This document shows, piece by piece, positions 1 to 11,188 of a DNA stretch of 64,000 nt (the first letter of the stretch is position 1; each line of letters opens with the position of its first letter). Under the pieces are notes generated by a model. That model did no database searches and was not told the origin of the DNA. It worked only from the letters and a program-made list of their open reading frames with translations. The position numbers and the translations under genes were made by a program. Source of the DNA: an uncultured delta proteobacterium (lineage in GTDB: Bacteria > Myxococcota_A > Polyangia > Polyangiales > Polyangiaceae); contig CAWDXG010000004.1 in the NCBI GenBank assembly GCA_963806225.1, positions 4,256,001 to 4,320,000 of the forward strand, given 5' to 3'.

Positions 1-569
1 ACGAAGGTCGTCGCGAACACGCACACCTTCTCGACCGGCCGGACCAGCGCGCCGGTGTCGAGCCAGCCGTACGGGAACGCATCTGGCACCGCGCGCCAGC
101 GCACCGGCCGCTGCTTGCCGGTGTAGGCCCGCCCCGGCACGATCGCCTTGTCGAAGTCGAGCTCGGGTGGGAGCTGCGTCTTCAGCCCCGCCTTGCCGTC
201 GTTGTCGAAGGGCCCCACCACCAGCCAACGGTCGACGAAGCCGAGCTCCTTGATGCGCTCGCGCGCGGCGTGCAGGTCGCCGCGACGGTTCTTGCCGTAG
301 GCAGCGAGCAGCCCCGCGTACGCCCGGACCGGCGGTGACAGCCGGCGATCCTGCGACGCGGCGAGCAGCGCCTCCTCCACGTGAGCGGGATCGGCGTGGT
401 TCCAGGTGCCCCACACCCGACGGAGTGCGGCGTAGGCTTCCGGACCGCGGGCGGCATCCAGCCGAGTCACGGCCTGATTCAGGTCGTGGTCGAATTCTGC
501 GACCTGGGCCCCCGCGTGCGGGGCCAGGCAGAGCAGCACCGCCAGGAGCGCCAGAACGGAGTACTTCAC
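1..569 (-). CDS. 5' part of a large secreted protein (possibly TPR/DUF3857-transglutaminase type), runs off the window
   Basis: GTG at 569, signal peptide VKYSVLALLAVLLCLAPHAGA, then an open frame (…WLVVGPFDNDGKAG…) to the window edge. Confidence 0.6.
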   Translation of the reverse strand, partial: MKYSVLALLAVLLCLAPHAGAQVAEFDHDLNQAVTRLDAARGPEAYAALRRVWGTWNHADPAHVEEALLAASQDRRLSPPVRAYAGLLAAYGKNRRGDLHAARERIKELGFVDRWLVVGPFDNDGKAGLKTQLPPELDFDKAIVPGRAYTGKQRPVRWRAVPDAFPYGWLDTGALVRPVEKVCVFATTF

Positions 570-928
570 GACCGGCCCGCTCCCTCCTTAGCTGGTCGGG
601 ACTGCGCCCGCAAACGAGAAAGGCGCCGGGAGCGACGCTCGGGCGCGCGCGTCCAGTGAGCCCGCCTCCGCGGGCCCTCCGGCCGGGGCCGGGCGCCCGA
701 CCTTTCGCCTCGTCCGATCAGGAAATTCCATGCCGCGCTTGCTGGGTTCGTGGCGCTCATATAGAAGAGTCTGACGTCAAGCGAACTCGATCCCCTTCGC
801 GCGCAGAGGCGTTGTCGACAGGGGCTGTCCGCTCCGCCCGACTGGCCAGACTCGAAGAGGCGGGTGGACCGGGCTCGGTAGAGACCTCTTTACCGGCTCG
901 GGCTATCGAGGAAGCGTTGGAGGCTCGG

Positions 929-1411
929 ATGGTCAACCCGCAGATGGTGATGTACGAAGAGGAGTTCAACCAGATCCAGGCGGTCGTGGACCGTCTGGTG
1001 AGGGAAGCGAACGCCAAGGTCGTCTTCATCGTCGACAAGAACGGTCAGCTCATTGCGGCGAGTGGAGAAGTCGACAACATCGACACCACGTCCCTCGCCT
1101 CGCTCACTGCCGGCAACATCGCCGCAACCGGGGGCATAGCAAAGCTCCTCCGCGAGAACGAGTTCGCGACGCAGTTCCACGAAGGCGAAAATGCCAACAT
1201 CCACATCCAGCTCGTCGGCAACCGGGTCATCCTGGTGGTCATCTTCGATTCGAAGTCGAGCCTGGGTCTGGTGAGGCTCCGGGTGCGCAAAGCCAGCGAC
1301 GAGCTGAACCGGATCTTCGAATCGTTACTCAGCAAGGTCCAGGAGCCGGGCGGTGACTCGCCGTTCGCAGAGATCACCGACGAGGATATCGACAACCTGT
1401 TCAACGACTGA
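929..1411 (+). CDS. mglB: MglB roadblock/LC7 GTPase-activating protein
   Basis: MVMYEEEF…[14 protein letters not shown]…[10 protein letters not shown]…[10 protein letters not shown]; directly upstream of mglA. Confidence 0.95.
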   Translation: MVNPQMVMYEEEFNQIQAVVDRLVREANAKVVFIVDKNGQLIAASGEVDNIDTTSLASLTAGNIAATGGIAKLLRENEFATQFHEGENANIHIQLVGNRVILVVIFDSKSSLGLVRLRVRKASDELNRIFESLLSKVQEPGGDSPFAEITDEDIDNLFND

Positions 1412-1422
1412 GGCGCCGGGCG

Positions 1423-2010
1423 ATGAGCTTCATCAACTACATGGCCCGGGAGATCAACTGCAAGATCGTCTACTACGGTCCCGGCCTCTGCGGGAAAACG
1501 ACGAACCTGCAGTACATCTACGAACGGACCAATCCGGACGCCAAGGGCAAGATGATCTCCCTGGCGACGGAGACGGAGCGCACGCTATTCTTCGACTTCC
1601 TGCCGCTGTCGCTGGGTGAAATCCGCGGTTTCAAGACCCGCTTCCACCTGTACACGGTGCCGGGCCAGGTCTTCTACGACGCCAGCCGCAAGCTGATCCT
1701 CAAGGGCGTCGATGGCGTCATCTTCGTCGCCGACTCGCAGATCGAGCGCCTCGAAGCGAACCAGGAGAGCGTGGAGAACCTGCGCACCAACCTGGCCGAG
1801 CAGGGCTACTCGCTCGAGAAGATCCCGTACGTCGTGCAGTACAACAAGCGCGACCTGCCGAACATCGTGCCGGTGGAGGAGCTGCGTGAGCTCCTGAATC
1901 CCATGCGCGTGCCGGACTTCGAGGCTGTGGCGCGTTCCGGCGGCGGCGTGTTCGACACGCTCAAGGCGGTGAGCAAGCTCGTGCTCACCGAGCTCAAGCG
2001 CGGCGGTTGA
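1423..2010 (+). CDS. mglA: MglA small GTPase (gliding motility/polarity)
   Basis: [33 protein letters not shown] motifs. Confidence 0.97.
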   Translation: MSFINYMAREINCKIVYYGPGLCGKTTNLQYIYERTNPDAKGKMISLATETERTLFFDFLPLSLGEIRGFKTRFHLYTVPGQVFYDASRKLILKGVDGVIFVADSQIERLEANQESVENLRTNLAEQGYSLEKIPYVVQYNKRDLPNIVPVEELRELLNPMRVPDFEAVARSGGGVFDTLKAVSKLVLTELKRGG

Positions 2011-2264
2011 GCCCGGGCTCGGCGTTCTGGCGGAAGGCTCCGGGCTCCGGGTGGGTCCTGGCAGCCGCTTTGCGGCGCTGATCGGTCCCTGGACGGACCC
2101 CCTTCGCGCCTTGGCGACGCCTGCTCGGCAGGGCCGCGCGTGCCGCGCGGATTGAACAGTTCCGCTGACGGCAAATGCCTGAAAAGGTGCGTGATCCGGC
2201 CAGCAAAATGGCGCATCCTCTGGACAGGGACCGGCTGGCCGGTCCAGCCAAGCGGAGGCTTGAT

Positions 2265-3566
2265 ATGAGGCAACGCACATGGGGCGTGCTGCTGTGCGCC
2301 GGGCTGATCGGAGCGTCGGCGTGTGGTGGCTCCACCAGCAGCAGCGACCACAACGCGGGGGGTGCGGGTGGTGCCGGCGCTACGGCGGGCAGCGGCGGCA
2401 GCGGCGCCACCGGTGGCAGCGGTGCGACCGGTGGCAGCGCGACCGGCGGCAGCGCGACCGGCGGCAGCGCGACCGGCGGATCGGGTGGAAGCGTGGTCGA
2501 CGCGAGCGCGGGCAGCGGCGGAAGCGTTCCTGACGGAAGCGCAGGCACCGGCGGCAGCGGCGGCTTTCTCTCCGACGCGGGCGCGCTCGGCGTCGGCGGC
2601 TGCAGTGCCGATCCACCTGCCGGCGCGCCGCAGGCGCCGGACCCGAAGCCGTACAGCGGTGGCACCTGCCCGACGCTGCCGACTACCTGGGACGCTGCCG
2701 GCCCGAACCACGAGATCACCTTCAAGAGCTCCGGCAAGGATCGAACGTTCATGCTCGTTCTGCCGGAGAACATGAAGCCCGGCGAGAAGCTGCCCATCAT
2801 CTTCCTCTGGCACTGGCTCGGCGGCAGCGCGAAGTCCTTCTACGACAAGGGCGACGTGCAGAATGCCGTGAACGCGCAGCGCTTCATCGCCTTGCTCCCG
2901 GAATCCGAAGGCGCGTACATCCTCGGACTCTCGTTCGCCGACATGAAGTGGCCGTACAACGTCACGCAGACCCCGGCGCGCGTGAACGAAGAGCTGACGT
3001 TCTTCGACGACATGCTGTCGTGCGTGTCCCAGCAGTACAACGTGAACAAGAACTGCGTTGCGACTGTAGGCGTGAGCGCCGGCGCTCTGTGGACCGACCA
3101 GCTCATCGGGCAGCGCAGCGAGTACCTGTCGAGCTTCGAGTCGCTGTCGGGCGGCGTGGGTACGCCGGGCGGCACGGGCGCCATCACCATCAAGCCCTGG
3201 ACGGAATGGAAGCACCCCATCCCCGGTATGGTGTTGTGGGGTGGGCCGGGCGATCAGTGCGTGCTGCAGCAATTCGCCGGCTTGAGCCACAACCTGGAAA
3301 ATGCGCTGATCAAGGACGGATCGTTCTTCGCCGAGTGCGTGCACAACTGCGGGCACGCCGAGCCGCCGTTCGATCCGCCGTCGGGCTACACCACCTATGC
3401 GGGGCTCTGGCAGTTCGTGCTCGATCACCCGTACTGGTTGCCGAAGGGCTATTCGCCCTACGTCTCGCAGGGGCTGCCCGCCTCCGACCCGTCCTGGTGC
3501 GGCATCGGTCCCGGCAGCGCCACTCCGCGCACCGGCACCTGTCCGCCCGCGGCCTGCCCGTTCTAG
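2265..3566 (+). CDS. Lipoprotein with Gly/Ser linker and alpha/beta-hydrolase (PHB depolymerase/esterase-like) domain
   Basis: GGAGG RBS, lipobox ASAC, GGSAT repeats, GVSAG nucleophile motif, HNCGH near C-terminus. Confidence 0.7.
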   Translation: MRQRTWGVLLCAGLIGASACGGSTSSSDHNAGGAGGAGATAGSGGSGATGGSGATGGSATGGSATGGSATGGSGGSVVDASAGSGGSVPDGSAGTGGSGGFLSDAGALGVGGCSADPPAGAPQAPDPKPYSGGTCPTLPTTWDAAGPNHEITFKSSGKDRTFMLVLPENMKPGEKLPIIFLWHWLGGSAKSFYDKGDVQNAVNAQRFIALLPESEGAYILGLSFADMKWPYNVTQTPARVNEELTFFDDMLSCVSQQYNVNKNCVATVGVSAGALWTDQLIGQRSEYLSSFESLSGGVGTPGGTGAITIKPWTEWKHPIPGMVLWGGPGDQCVLQQFAGLSHNLENALIKDGSFFAECVHNCGHAEPPFDPPSGYTTYAGLWQFVLDHPYWLPKGYSPYVSQGLPASDPSWCGIGPGSATPRTGTCPPAACPF

Positions 3567-3635
3567 TCGGGGGTCCGGGCAGGGCAGAGCGCGCCGGATG
3601 GACGGGCGGGGCCGCTTCGTGGCACGTCATCGGAC

Positions 3636-4208
3636 ATGGAGTCCGGTGGCGGAAAGCGGAAGGCGAAGAAGACGCCGCCGCTGCCGACGCGGGACAACCT
3701 CGATCGCGCGGCGCTCCGCTATCTCGAGCGCTTCGACAGCTCGGCCGCGAACCTCCGGCGCGTGCTGCGCGGGCACGTGGCGCGCGCGGCGCGTGCCCAC
3801 GCCGAGCTCGACGTGCCGGCGGCCGAACGCCTCGTCGACGAGCTGCTCGAGCGCTACCAGGCATCCGGGCTGATCGACGACGCGCGCTACGCCGAGTCGC
3901 TCGCGCGCGGGCTCCACGCCCGAGGCACCTCGCGCCGCGGCGTCCGCCACAAGCTGCGCGCGCGCGGCGTTTCCGCCGAAGCGATCGACGCAGCGATCGC
4001 GTCGACCGGCCGCGATTCGGACGACGCCGAGCTCGACGCGGCGCGGGCTTTCGTGCGCCGTCGTCGCCTAGGGCCGCATCGCCCCGAGCACCAGCGCGCC
4101 GAGCGCTACCAGCGCGACCTCGCCGCGCTCGCCCGCGCCGGCTTCAGCTTCAACGTCGCCCGCCGCGCGCTCGAGGTTCCGGACGGCGCCGTGGAAGAAG
4201 AGCTGTAG
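3636..4208 (+). CDS. recX: RecX family regulator
   Basis: AALRYLERF…GLIDDARYAE…LARAGFS motif pattern. Confidence 0.85.
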   Translation: MESGGGKRKAKKTPPLPTRDNLDRAALRYLERFDSSAANLRRVLRGHVARAARAHAELDVPAAERLVDELLERYQASGLIDDARYAESLARGLHARGTSRRGVRHKLRARGVSAEAIDAAIASTGRDSDDAELDAARAFVRRRRLGPHRPEHQRAERYQRDLAALARAGFSFNVARRALEVPDGAVEEEL

Positions 4209-4243
4209 ACGGAGTATCATCAAGGGCGGTGGCCAAGCTCTCG

Positions 4244-5596
4244 ATGCTGGCGGGCGGAATTGTCGATCCCGGCGGCGGACGCGCGGGCAGAGTCAGCGCG
4301 TACCCCCGCCCTTGGGCTCGCCTGGCAGCCGGGCTTCTTCTCGGTGTCGCGCTGGCCACGAGCGGCTGCGGCTCGAGCGGCAACGGCGGCAACCAGGCGT
4401 CGGGCGGCTCCGGGGGCGATGCCGGGCTGTTCGACGGCGCTCCGCCGGACGGACAGAGCGTGGATTCCGCGCCGCCGCCGGACGGTTCGGATGCGGCGGG
4501 CATGGACGCCGCGGCCGACCACGCCGCGAGCGATGCGGCGAACGACGGCTCCCCAGGCGGCGACGGCTCCGCGCCGGACGCTTCCTGCCAGCCCCAGCTG
4601 ATCTTCCTGGCGCAGGCCGGCACCACCTCGGCGTGTTCGTTCCCGGTGCCGGCGACCGTCGACCACAACCAGGTCAACGTGCTCATGGGAGGGGAGCTCT
4701 GCCGGCAGGGTTCCAACAACTGCGGGCCGCAAGGAGGCTGGTTCTGGATCGGCAACGAGGTGGCGTTGTGCGACGACACCTGCCTGGCGTGGGACAACAG
4801 CGGCGGCAAGCTCTACCTGGAGGTGGGCTGCCCTTCCGAGAGCTGCTACGTCGCCTGCAGCAAAGCCGGCGGCAAGTGCGGAAACGGCATCAACCACTGC
4901 TGCGTGGGGACGCGCTGCGAGAACGGCACCTGCGCGGCCTGCGGCAAGGGCGGCGACAGCTGCAGCTCCACCAGTGACTGCTGCAGCGGGGGATCGTGCC
5001 AGGGCGGATCCTGCATCTTCGGCATGGGCGGACCGTGCACGTCCACCGCCGGCTGCTCGCAAGGCGTTTGCAAGAGCAACGGAGTCTGCGGCTGCGACAC
5101 GGGCCAGATCCTCTGCAACTCGGGCTGCGTCAGCTACACCGATCCGAACAACTGCCGCGGCTGCGGCAACGTCTGCGCTTCAAACCTCATCTGCACCACC
5201 GCCGGCTGCGTGTGCGACCCCGCGAAGGGGCTGCCCGACCTGTGTAACGGCGTCTGCGTCGACAAGTCCAGCGATCGCACCAACTGCGGCGCCTGCTCGC
5301 ACACCTGTCCCCGGCTCGACCAGGTGTGCATCAGCTCCAAGTGCCAGTGCCCCGCCGGGCAGACCGACTGCAACGGCAACTGCGTCGACACCAAGACCAG
5401 CCAGACGCATTGCGGCGGCTGCAACCAGCCCTGCGCCACGGGCAGAGAGGTCTGCCAGGGCGGCAGCTGCGTGTGCGCCTCCGGCTATACCGATTGCTCC
5501 GGCACTTGCGTGAATCTGCTCACCGACAAGTACAACTGCGGCAGCTGCGGAAACGCCTGCAAGGGAAACAAGCTCTGCGTCAACGGCGCGTGCTGA
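4244..5596 (+). CDS. Cys-rich lipoprotein with Stig1-like (CVD…NCGxCG) repeats; start uncertain
   Basis: LATSGC lipobox, repeated CxGxCVD…xxNCGxCxxxC units; C-terminal part of ORF 2948..5596. Confidence 0.75.
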   Translation: MLAGGIVDPGGGRAGRVSAYPRPWARLAAGLLLGVALATSGCGSSGNGGNQASGGSGGDAGLFDGAPPDGQSVDSAPPPDGSDAAGMDAAADHAASDAANDGSPGGDGSAPDASCQPQLIFLAQAGTTSACSFPVPATVDHNQVNVLMGGELCRQGSNNCGPQGGWFWIGNEVALCDDTCLAWDNSGGKLYLEVGCPSESCYVACSKAGGKCGNGINHCCVGTRCENGTCAACGKGGDSCSSTSDCCSGGSCQGGSCIFGMGGPCTSTAGCSQGVCKSNGVCGCDTGQILCNSGCVSYTDPNNCRGCGNVCASNLICTTAGCVCDPAKGLPDLCNGVCVDKSSDRTNCGACSHTCPRLDQVCISSKCQCPAGQTDCNGNCVDTKTSQTHCGGCNQPCATGREVCQGGSCVCASGYTDCSGTCVNLLTDKYNCGSCGNACKGNKLCVNGAC

Positions 5597-5617
5597 GCGC
5601 GCCAGCGTTCGACGCAG

Positions 5618-5731
5618 CTAGCGCTTCAGGCTCTGGCGGCGGCGACGGTTCTTGGCGCGCTGCTTGGCCTTGAGGCGGATGCAACGCTTGCGGTTCGTCT
5701 TGCGCGGGGTCTTGGTCTTCGCGAGATACAT
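5618..5731 (-). CDS. 37-aa very basic small protein
   Basis: MYLAKTKTPRKTNRKRCIRLKAKQRAKNRRRRQSLKR, GC-rich third positions; below the ORF-track cutoff. Confidence 0.55.
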   Translation of the reverse strand: MYLAKTKTPRKTNRKRCIRLKAKQRAKNRRRRQSLKR

Positions 5732-5826
5732 GGGGCGGGCGTTCTAGGCCGGGGTGCCGTCTCGCGCAAGGTCGCGCGCGGCCGCGCCGGATAAATCCTG
5801 TGATTCCAGTACCTTACGCAGCCGAA

Positions 5827-6141
5827 CTAGGAGCCGTGGTGCGTGGTGAGCAGTTTCTGGATCAGCGCCTGCGAGTAGCTGCTGAGCTCCTTGAACACGA
5901 CGCCCATGCCCGGCGGATCGCTCTCCACCCGCACCACCTCGCCGATGCCCTCGATGGTCTCGATGTCGTCCATGATGACCGTGAAGCGCAGGTTCACCTC
6001 GGTGCCGATGGGCAGAGGCGTCTTCGACTTGATGAACGCGCCGCTGGCCGAGATGTTGGTCACGTACTCCTGGATGAACTGATCGAAGGAGTCGAACTCC
6101 TTGTTGATCGTGACCCGCTCCTCCTGCCGACCATTCGACAT
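5827..6141 (-). CDS. PilZ domain protein
   Basis: RQEERV (RxxxR) and NISASG motifs, GMGVVF. Confidence 0.85.
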   Translation of the reverse strand: MSNGRQEERVTINKEFDSFDQFIQEYVTNISASGAFIKSKTPLPIGTEVNLRFTVIMDDIETIEGIGEVVRVESDPPGMGVVFKELSSYSQALIQKLLTTHHGS

Positions 6142-6143
6142 CG

Positions 6144-8655
6144 CTACTTCCCCTGCAGGTCGAATTGCTCGATGTGGTACTCGCGTCGCGGCACGAGCTC
6201 GATACGCCGCAAGTAGCGGCGCTCGGCCTCGGTGACGGCTTCCTTCTCCTCGCCGTTCATCAGATCGACGATCGCGGGGTGCGCATTGACCAGAACCACG
6301 TACCCCGGCAGCGTGTGCCGTTCGCGGCGGATCTGGCGGAGGATCTCGTAGGCGATCGTGGTGCGTGACTGGATCTGGCCCGTGCCGTCGCAATAGAAGC
6401 AGGGCTCGTGCATCACGCGGCTCAGGCTCTCGCGCGTCCGCTTGCGCGTCATCTCGATGAGCCCCAGCTCGCTGATGCGGTTCAGCGTGGTCTTCGCCTT
6501 GTCCTTGCTCAGCTTCTGGACCAGCGCGCGCCACGTCTTCTCGCGATTTCCCGCGATCTCCATGTCGATGAGATCGAGGATCACGAGCCCGCCGATGTTG
6601 CGGAAGCGTAGCTGGTAGGCGATCTCGTCGACGGCTTCCAGGTTCGTCTTGTACGCGGTCTCCTCTAGATCTTTGCTGCCTTTGCCGACGTAGCGTCCGG
6701 TGTTCACGTCGATCGCCGTGAGCGCCTCGGCCTGGTCGATGATGAGGTAGCCGCCGCTCGGCAGCGGAACCTTGCGGCTGAGCGCGCGGCCGATCTCGTC
6801 CTCGATGCCGTAGGCGTCGAAGATCGGCTCGTCGCCGCTGTACAGCTCGATGTCCTTGACCCGCTCGGGCAGGAACATCTCGATGAAGCGGACGAGCCTC
6901 GCGTATTGATCCTTGTCGTCGATGACGATCTTCTCGATGTCGTCGGTGAACAGATCGCGCGCGGTCTTCAGCACCAGATCGAGCTCGCTGTAGAGGATCG
7001 TCGGCGCCTTGGCGCCTTCGCGCTTGGCTGCGACGTCCGCCCACAGCTTGATCAGATAGCCGACGTCGGCCTTGAGCCCCTTCTTGGTCAGGCCTTCGGC
7101 GACGGTGCGCACGATGAGCCCACCCGTCTGCGGCTTGAGCGCTTCCATCACCTTGCGCAGACGGCCGCGTTCCTTGGCGGAGCCGATGCGCTTGGAGATA
7201 CCGATGTGCTCCACCGTCGGCATGTACACGACGTAGCGGCCGGGCAGCGACACATGGCTGGTTACGCGCGCGCCCTTGGTGCCGATCGGTTCCTTGGAGA
7301 TCTGGACGATGACCTGGTCGCCTTCCTTGACCACCTCGGTGATGGGGACCGAACGCGACACCCGGCTGGTGCCTGTCTTCGCGTTCTTGCGCTTGTCCCT
7401 GTCGTTGCCGCGCGTGCGCTCGTCGCCACGCTTCTTGTTCCTGCCGGTGGCCGGCTCTGCAGCGGCCGCCGCGGAGCCGTTCGACTCGGCGTCGCCCTCG
7501 CCCTTGGGGCGCCGGCGACGCCGGCGACGCCGGCGGCCACGACCGCGCGGCTCTTCTTCTTCCTGCTCGTCGTCGGCCTTCGGCGCGCGGGCGCTCACGC
7601 GACGGCGCGTGCCGGCGTCGTCCGCGGCTTCGTCGTCGCTGCCCGGTTCTGCTTCGGCTGCGCCCGCTGCGCTCTGCTCGCTCTCGTCCTCGGCCGTCGC
7701 TTCCGCGGCGTCTTCAGAGTCGGCAGCCGCCTCGGTTTCGCTGTCGTCGTCCCAGACGCTGTCGACCTCGCTGTCTGCGGAGCCAGCTCGGGCCGCGACG
7801 GAACCGTCGTCGGCTTCCTCGTCGGCTTCCTCGATCGCCTCGTCGTCTTCGCTGTCTTCGGCCGCGACTTCGATCGCTTCCTCGTCGTCGTCGTCGTCGG
7901 CGGCCGCGACCTCGATGGCGTCGTCGTCGTCGTCGTCGTCGGCCGCGACCTCGATGGCGTCGTCGTCGTCTTCGGCCGCGACCTCGATGGCGTCGTCGTC
8001 GTCTTCGGCCGCGACCTCGATCGTCTCGTCGTCCTCGGCGGGTTCCGCGCTTGCGGTTGTCTCGCCTTCGCCGTCCGCCGCGGCCTCGGTCGGGGCTTCG
8101 CCTTCGCCTTCCGCCGCGGCCTCGGTCGCGACTTCGCTCTCCGACCCGTCGCCGGCTGTCGCCTCGTCGCGTCCGCGTCGTCTGCCGCGGCGCCGTCCGC
8201 CGCGCCGTCGTCGCCCACGTCGTGAGGGCGCCGCGCCTTCCTCGGCGGTCTCCTCGTCGGCCGGCGCGGCCTGCTCGACCTGCGCTTCGTCGCCGGCCTC
8301 CACGGACTCGTCGCCTTCGGTCGGCTCGACGCCCCAGTTGTGGCGCCGCCCGCCTTCGCCGCGCATCGACGGATCACCGTCGTGCTCGCGTGCGTTGCCG
8401 TGCAGGTACGCTTCGAAGTCGTCGGGGCGGATCAGAATCCTCGACGTGGAGGAACGCAGCCCGCTCCATGCCGACTTCGATGAACGCCGCCTGCATGCCC
8501 GGCAGCACGCGCGAGACCCGGCCCAGCACGACATTGCCTACCGTGCTGCGAGCCGAAGCACGCTCGAGTTGGAGCTCTGCGATAACCCCGTCTTCGATGA
8601 GCGCGACGCGGGTTTCCCGAAGGTCACAATTGATAACGAGTAGATTTCGAGCCAT
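6144..8655 (-). CDS. rne: Rne/Rng ribonuclease with large acidic insertion; single frameshift near 8437
   Basis: N-terminus …VLPGMQAAFIEVG…AFLHVED in one frame, LIRPDD…KEPIGTKGAR…AIDVNTG…ELGLIEMTRKR…CFYCDG in another. Confidence 0.85.
7830..8040 (-). repeat. Coding tandem repeat (DDDDAIEVAAE)n in rne
   Basis: About 6 imperfect copies of tcggccgcgacctcgatggcgtcgtcgtcg. Confidence 0.85.
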
Positions 8656-8884
8656 TCGCTCGGCGGGAGGCGGCTTCACTCAAGCCCTTGTGCCGCCGCG
8701 TGGGGCGGGCCTCACCGTCCAGGTGTCACGTCTTGTGGGTGGAGCGAGGGCTCCCCCGTAATCTTTCCCGCTGCCAGGTCAGCATGACCTGCTGCGGCAT
8801 GTCAACTGCCCGGAAATAGCCGAAAATTGTCGGGACCGCCAGCCCGATTGACCTGGCCCTGCCAGACGCCGATGCTCGGGCGTC

Positions 8885-9616
8885 ATGTCGAGGTCATTCC
8901 TGGTGATGGATATCGAGACCGTTCTCGATGCGGAGCTGCCTATCGCAGAATCCGCGGAGGCGGAACGGCTGCCGGCTCCGCCCCACCACAAGGTGGTGGT
9001 TGTGGGCGCCCTCTGGTTCGGGGCGGACTACAAGGCCAAGAAGCTCGGCGTGATCGGCGAAGACAAGGACGAGTTCGGAATCCTTAGTGATTTCGCTAGG
9101 TTGATGGATGAGCGCCGGCCGGATCTGGTGACCTGGAACGGCCGTGGGTTCGACCTGCCGGTGATCGCCGCCCGCTGCCTGCGCCACGGCATCCCGCTCC
9201 GGCACTACTACCGCTCGCGCGACGTCCGCTATCGCTTCTCGCCCGACGGGCATCTGGATCTAATGGATTATGTTGCAGATTTCGGCGCCGCTAAGCCCAG
9301 CAAGCTGGATATCGTAGCCAAGCTGTGCGGCCTGCCCGGCAAGGTCGGAGTCGACGGCAAGGACGTGGGCCCGCTGGTCCACGCCGGCCGGCTCAGCGAG
9401 GTCCGCGACTACTGCCTGTGCGACGTGGCCCAGACGGCGGGCGTGTTCCTGCGCGTGCAACTGTTGCGTGGGGAACTGGAGCGCGAAGCCTACCTCCAGG
9501 CGATGGGGGGCCTCGTCGAGCTGATCCAGGAGGATGCCCGGGTTGCCCCGGTCGCGGCGGGACTGAACGTTGACCGCCTGCTGTTGAAGGAGCGAGACAG
9601 CCAGGAGGACCCATGA
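8885..9616 (+). CDS. PolB-like 3'-5' exonuclease (DEDD)
   Basis: DIET, TWNGRGFDLP, YCLCDV motifs. Confidence 0.85.
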   Translation: MSRSFLVMDIETVLDAELPIAESAEAERLPAPPHHKVVVVGALWFGADYKAKKLGVIGEDKDEFGILSDFARLMDERRPDLVTWNGRGFDLPVIAARCLRHGIPLRHYYRSRDVRYRFSPDGHLDLMDYVADFGAAKPSKLDIVAKLCGLPGKVGVDGKDVGPLVHAGRLSEVRDYCLCDVAQTAGVFLRVQLLRGELEREAYLQAMGGLVELIQEDARVAPVAAGLNVDRLLLKERDSQEDP

Positions 9617-9936
9617 GCGACCTTGCCAGCCGACACTGCAAAAATGGTGCGGACAAGCTCCCGGCGGAACAGGTCCGCCGGTATCTGGAAGAGCTCGGAG
9701 ATTGGGAGCTGTCGAAGGACGAGCGCAGCGTCCACTCGACGTTCCAGTTCGACAACTACTACCAGACCATCTCGTTCGTGAACGCGATCGCCTGGATGGC
9801 CAACCGCGAGGACCACCATCCGGATCTCGAGGTGTCGTACAACCGCTGCGTGGTGCACTACTCGACGCACGACGCCGGCGGCCTGACCGACAACGACTTC
9901 ATCTGTGCAGCGAAGGTGATCGCGCTGCTTTCGTGA
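9613..9936 (+). CDS. phhB: Pterin-4a-carbinolamine dehydratase
   Basis: EDHHPDL…YSTHDAGGLTDNDFICAA. Confidence 0.9.
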   Translation: MSDLASRHCKNGADKLPAEQVRRYLEELGDWELSKDERSVHSTFQFDNYYQTISFVNAIAWMANREDHHPDLEVSYNRCVVHYSTHDAGGLTDNDFICAAKVIALLS

Positions 9937-9967
9937 CCGGCGCCTGCGTGCGGTATCCTCCGCGGCC

Positions 9968-10708
9968 GTGGAGATCGATCGCATCGCCCCCACCCGGCGC
10001 CCGGCCGGTGCGGTACGCGGGTATCAGCGCTGGCGGACGCTCCTGTTCGTGCACTGGCCCGTGCCGGTGGAGGCCCTTCGCGCGCTCGTGCCCGGCGCGC
10101 TCGACATCGACACCTTCGAAGGACAGGCCTACGTGGGGTTGGTCCCGTTCGCGATGCAGGGCGTGCGTCCGCGCTGGGCGCCGGAAGCGCTGTCGTTCGA
10201 CTTCCTCGAGACGAACGTGCGCACCTACGTGCACGTCGGCGGCCGCGACCCGGGCGTGTTCTTCTTTTCCCTCGACGCGGCGTCGCGCATCGCGGTGACG
10301 CTGGCCCGCGCCGGCTGGAGCCTGCCGTATTTCTACTCGAAGATGCAGCTCGAGCGCGACGGCGACGAGGTGCGCTATTCACTCGACCGGCGCGCGGGCG
10401 ATCGGCCGCGCCTCGATGTGCGCTACCAGATAGGCGAGCCGCTCGGTCCGAGCGAGCCGGGCAGCCTGCAATTTTTCCTGGTGGAACGCTACTTCCTGCA
10501 CGTGGAGCGAAGCGGGGCGATCTGGTCCGGCCAGGTCCACCACACTCCGTACCCGGTGCAGAGCGCCCAGCTACTGTCGCTCGACGAGCAGCTCATTTCC
10601 GCCACGGGGCTGTCGGCTCCCGACGACCCGCCCCCGCTCGTCCACTACGCCGAGGGCGTTAACGTCGACATCTACACGCTCGGCCGAAGAACCCGCGTCG
10701 GGCAGTGA
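9968..10708 (+). CDS. YqjF/DUF2071 family protein
   Basis: QRWRTLLFVHWP, ETNVRTYV, GVFFFSLDA, FLVERY. Confidence 0.85.
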   Translation: MEIDRIAPTRRPAGAVRGYQRWRTLLFVHWPVPVEALRALVPGALDIDTFEGQAYVGLVPFAMQGVRPRWAPEALSFDFLETNVRTYVHVGGRDPGVFFFSLDAASRIAVTLARAGWSLPYFYSKMQLERDGDEVRYSLDRRAGDRPRLDVRYQIGEPLGPSEPGSLQFFLVERYFLHVERSGAIWSGQVHHTPYPVQSAQLLSLDEQLISATGLSAPDDPPPLVHYAEGVNVDIYTLGRRTRVGQ

Positions 10709-11188
10709 CGCCGATGGGCCACTCGTGGCCCTGACGGCACAGCACACCGAGCGTGCGTTGCAGCGGGTCGACCAGCCACACGTGGGCTACCTCCGCCCGC
10801 GCGTAGATCGGCAGCTTGCGCGCACGGTCGGAGGCCTCGGTGCTGGGCGAGAGCACCTCGCATACCCAATCCGGCGCCAGCGTGAAGTGGGCTCGTCGTT
10901 GGTCATGACCGGCATCCGCTCGCGCCGCCGGCCGCCAAGATCCGGCAGCAGCACGTCGTCGTCGAAGTGCAGTTCGGGTTCGTCGAGCAGGATCCACCCG
11001 CCCGGTCCGCCGCGGCCCCGTTTGAATGGCGGACCCAGCTCTTCACCCAGCGCCGTGGCCGCCGCCGTGTGCCGCTTGGCCGGCCGCGGCGAAAGCGACA
11101 GCTCCCCGTCGATGATCTCCGCGATCATGTTCTCGGGCGCAGCCAGCACATCCTCGTACGTGGCGCGACGCTTGGCGGGATCGGCCAT
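10705..11188 (-). pseudogene. Uma2/DUF820 endonuclease, frameshifted and 3'-truncated
   Basis: AEIIDGEL…GGPGGWILLDEPEL…PDL, then a frame change near 10890 to APDWVCEVLSPST…HVWLVDP. Confidence 0.8.

Noticed and set aside
335..928. Long N-terminal extension of MglB and other long GC-rich shadow ORFs (e.g. 1806..3428, 42909..44489, 54961..56772)
   Set aside because: Arg/Ala/Pro-rich alternate or antisense frames over better-supported genes
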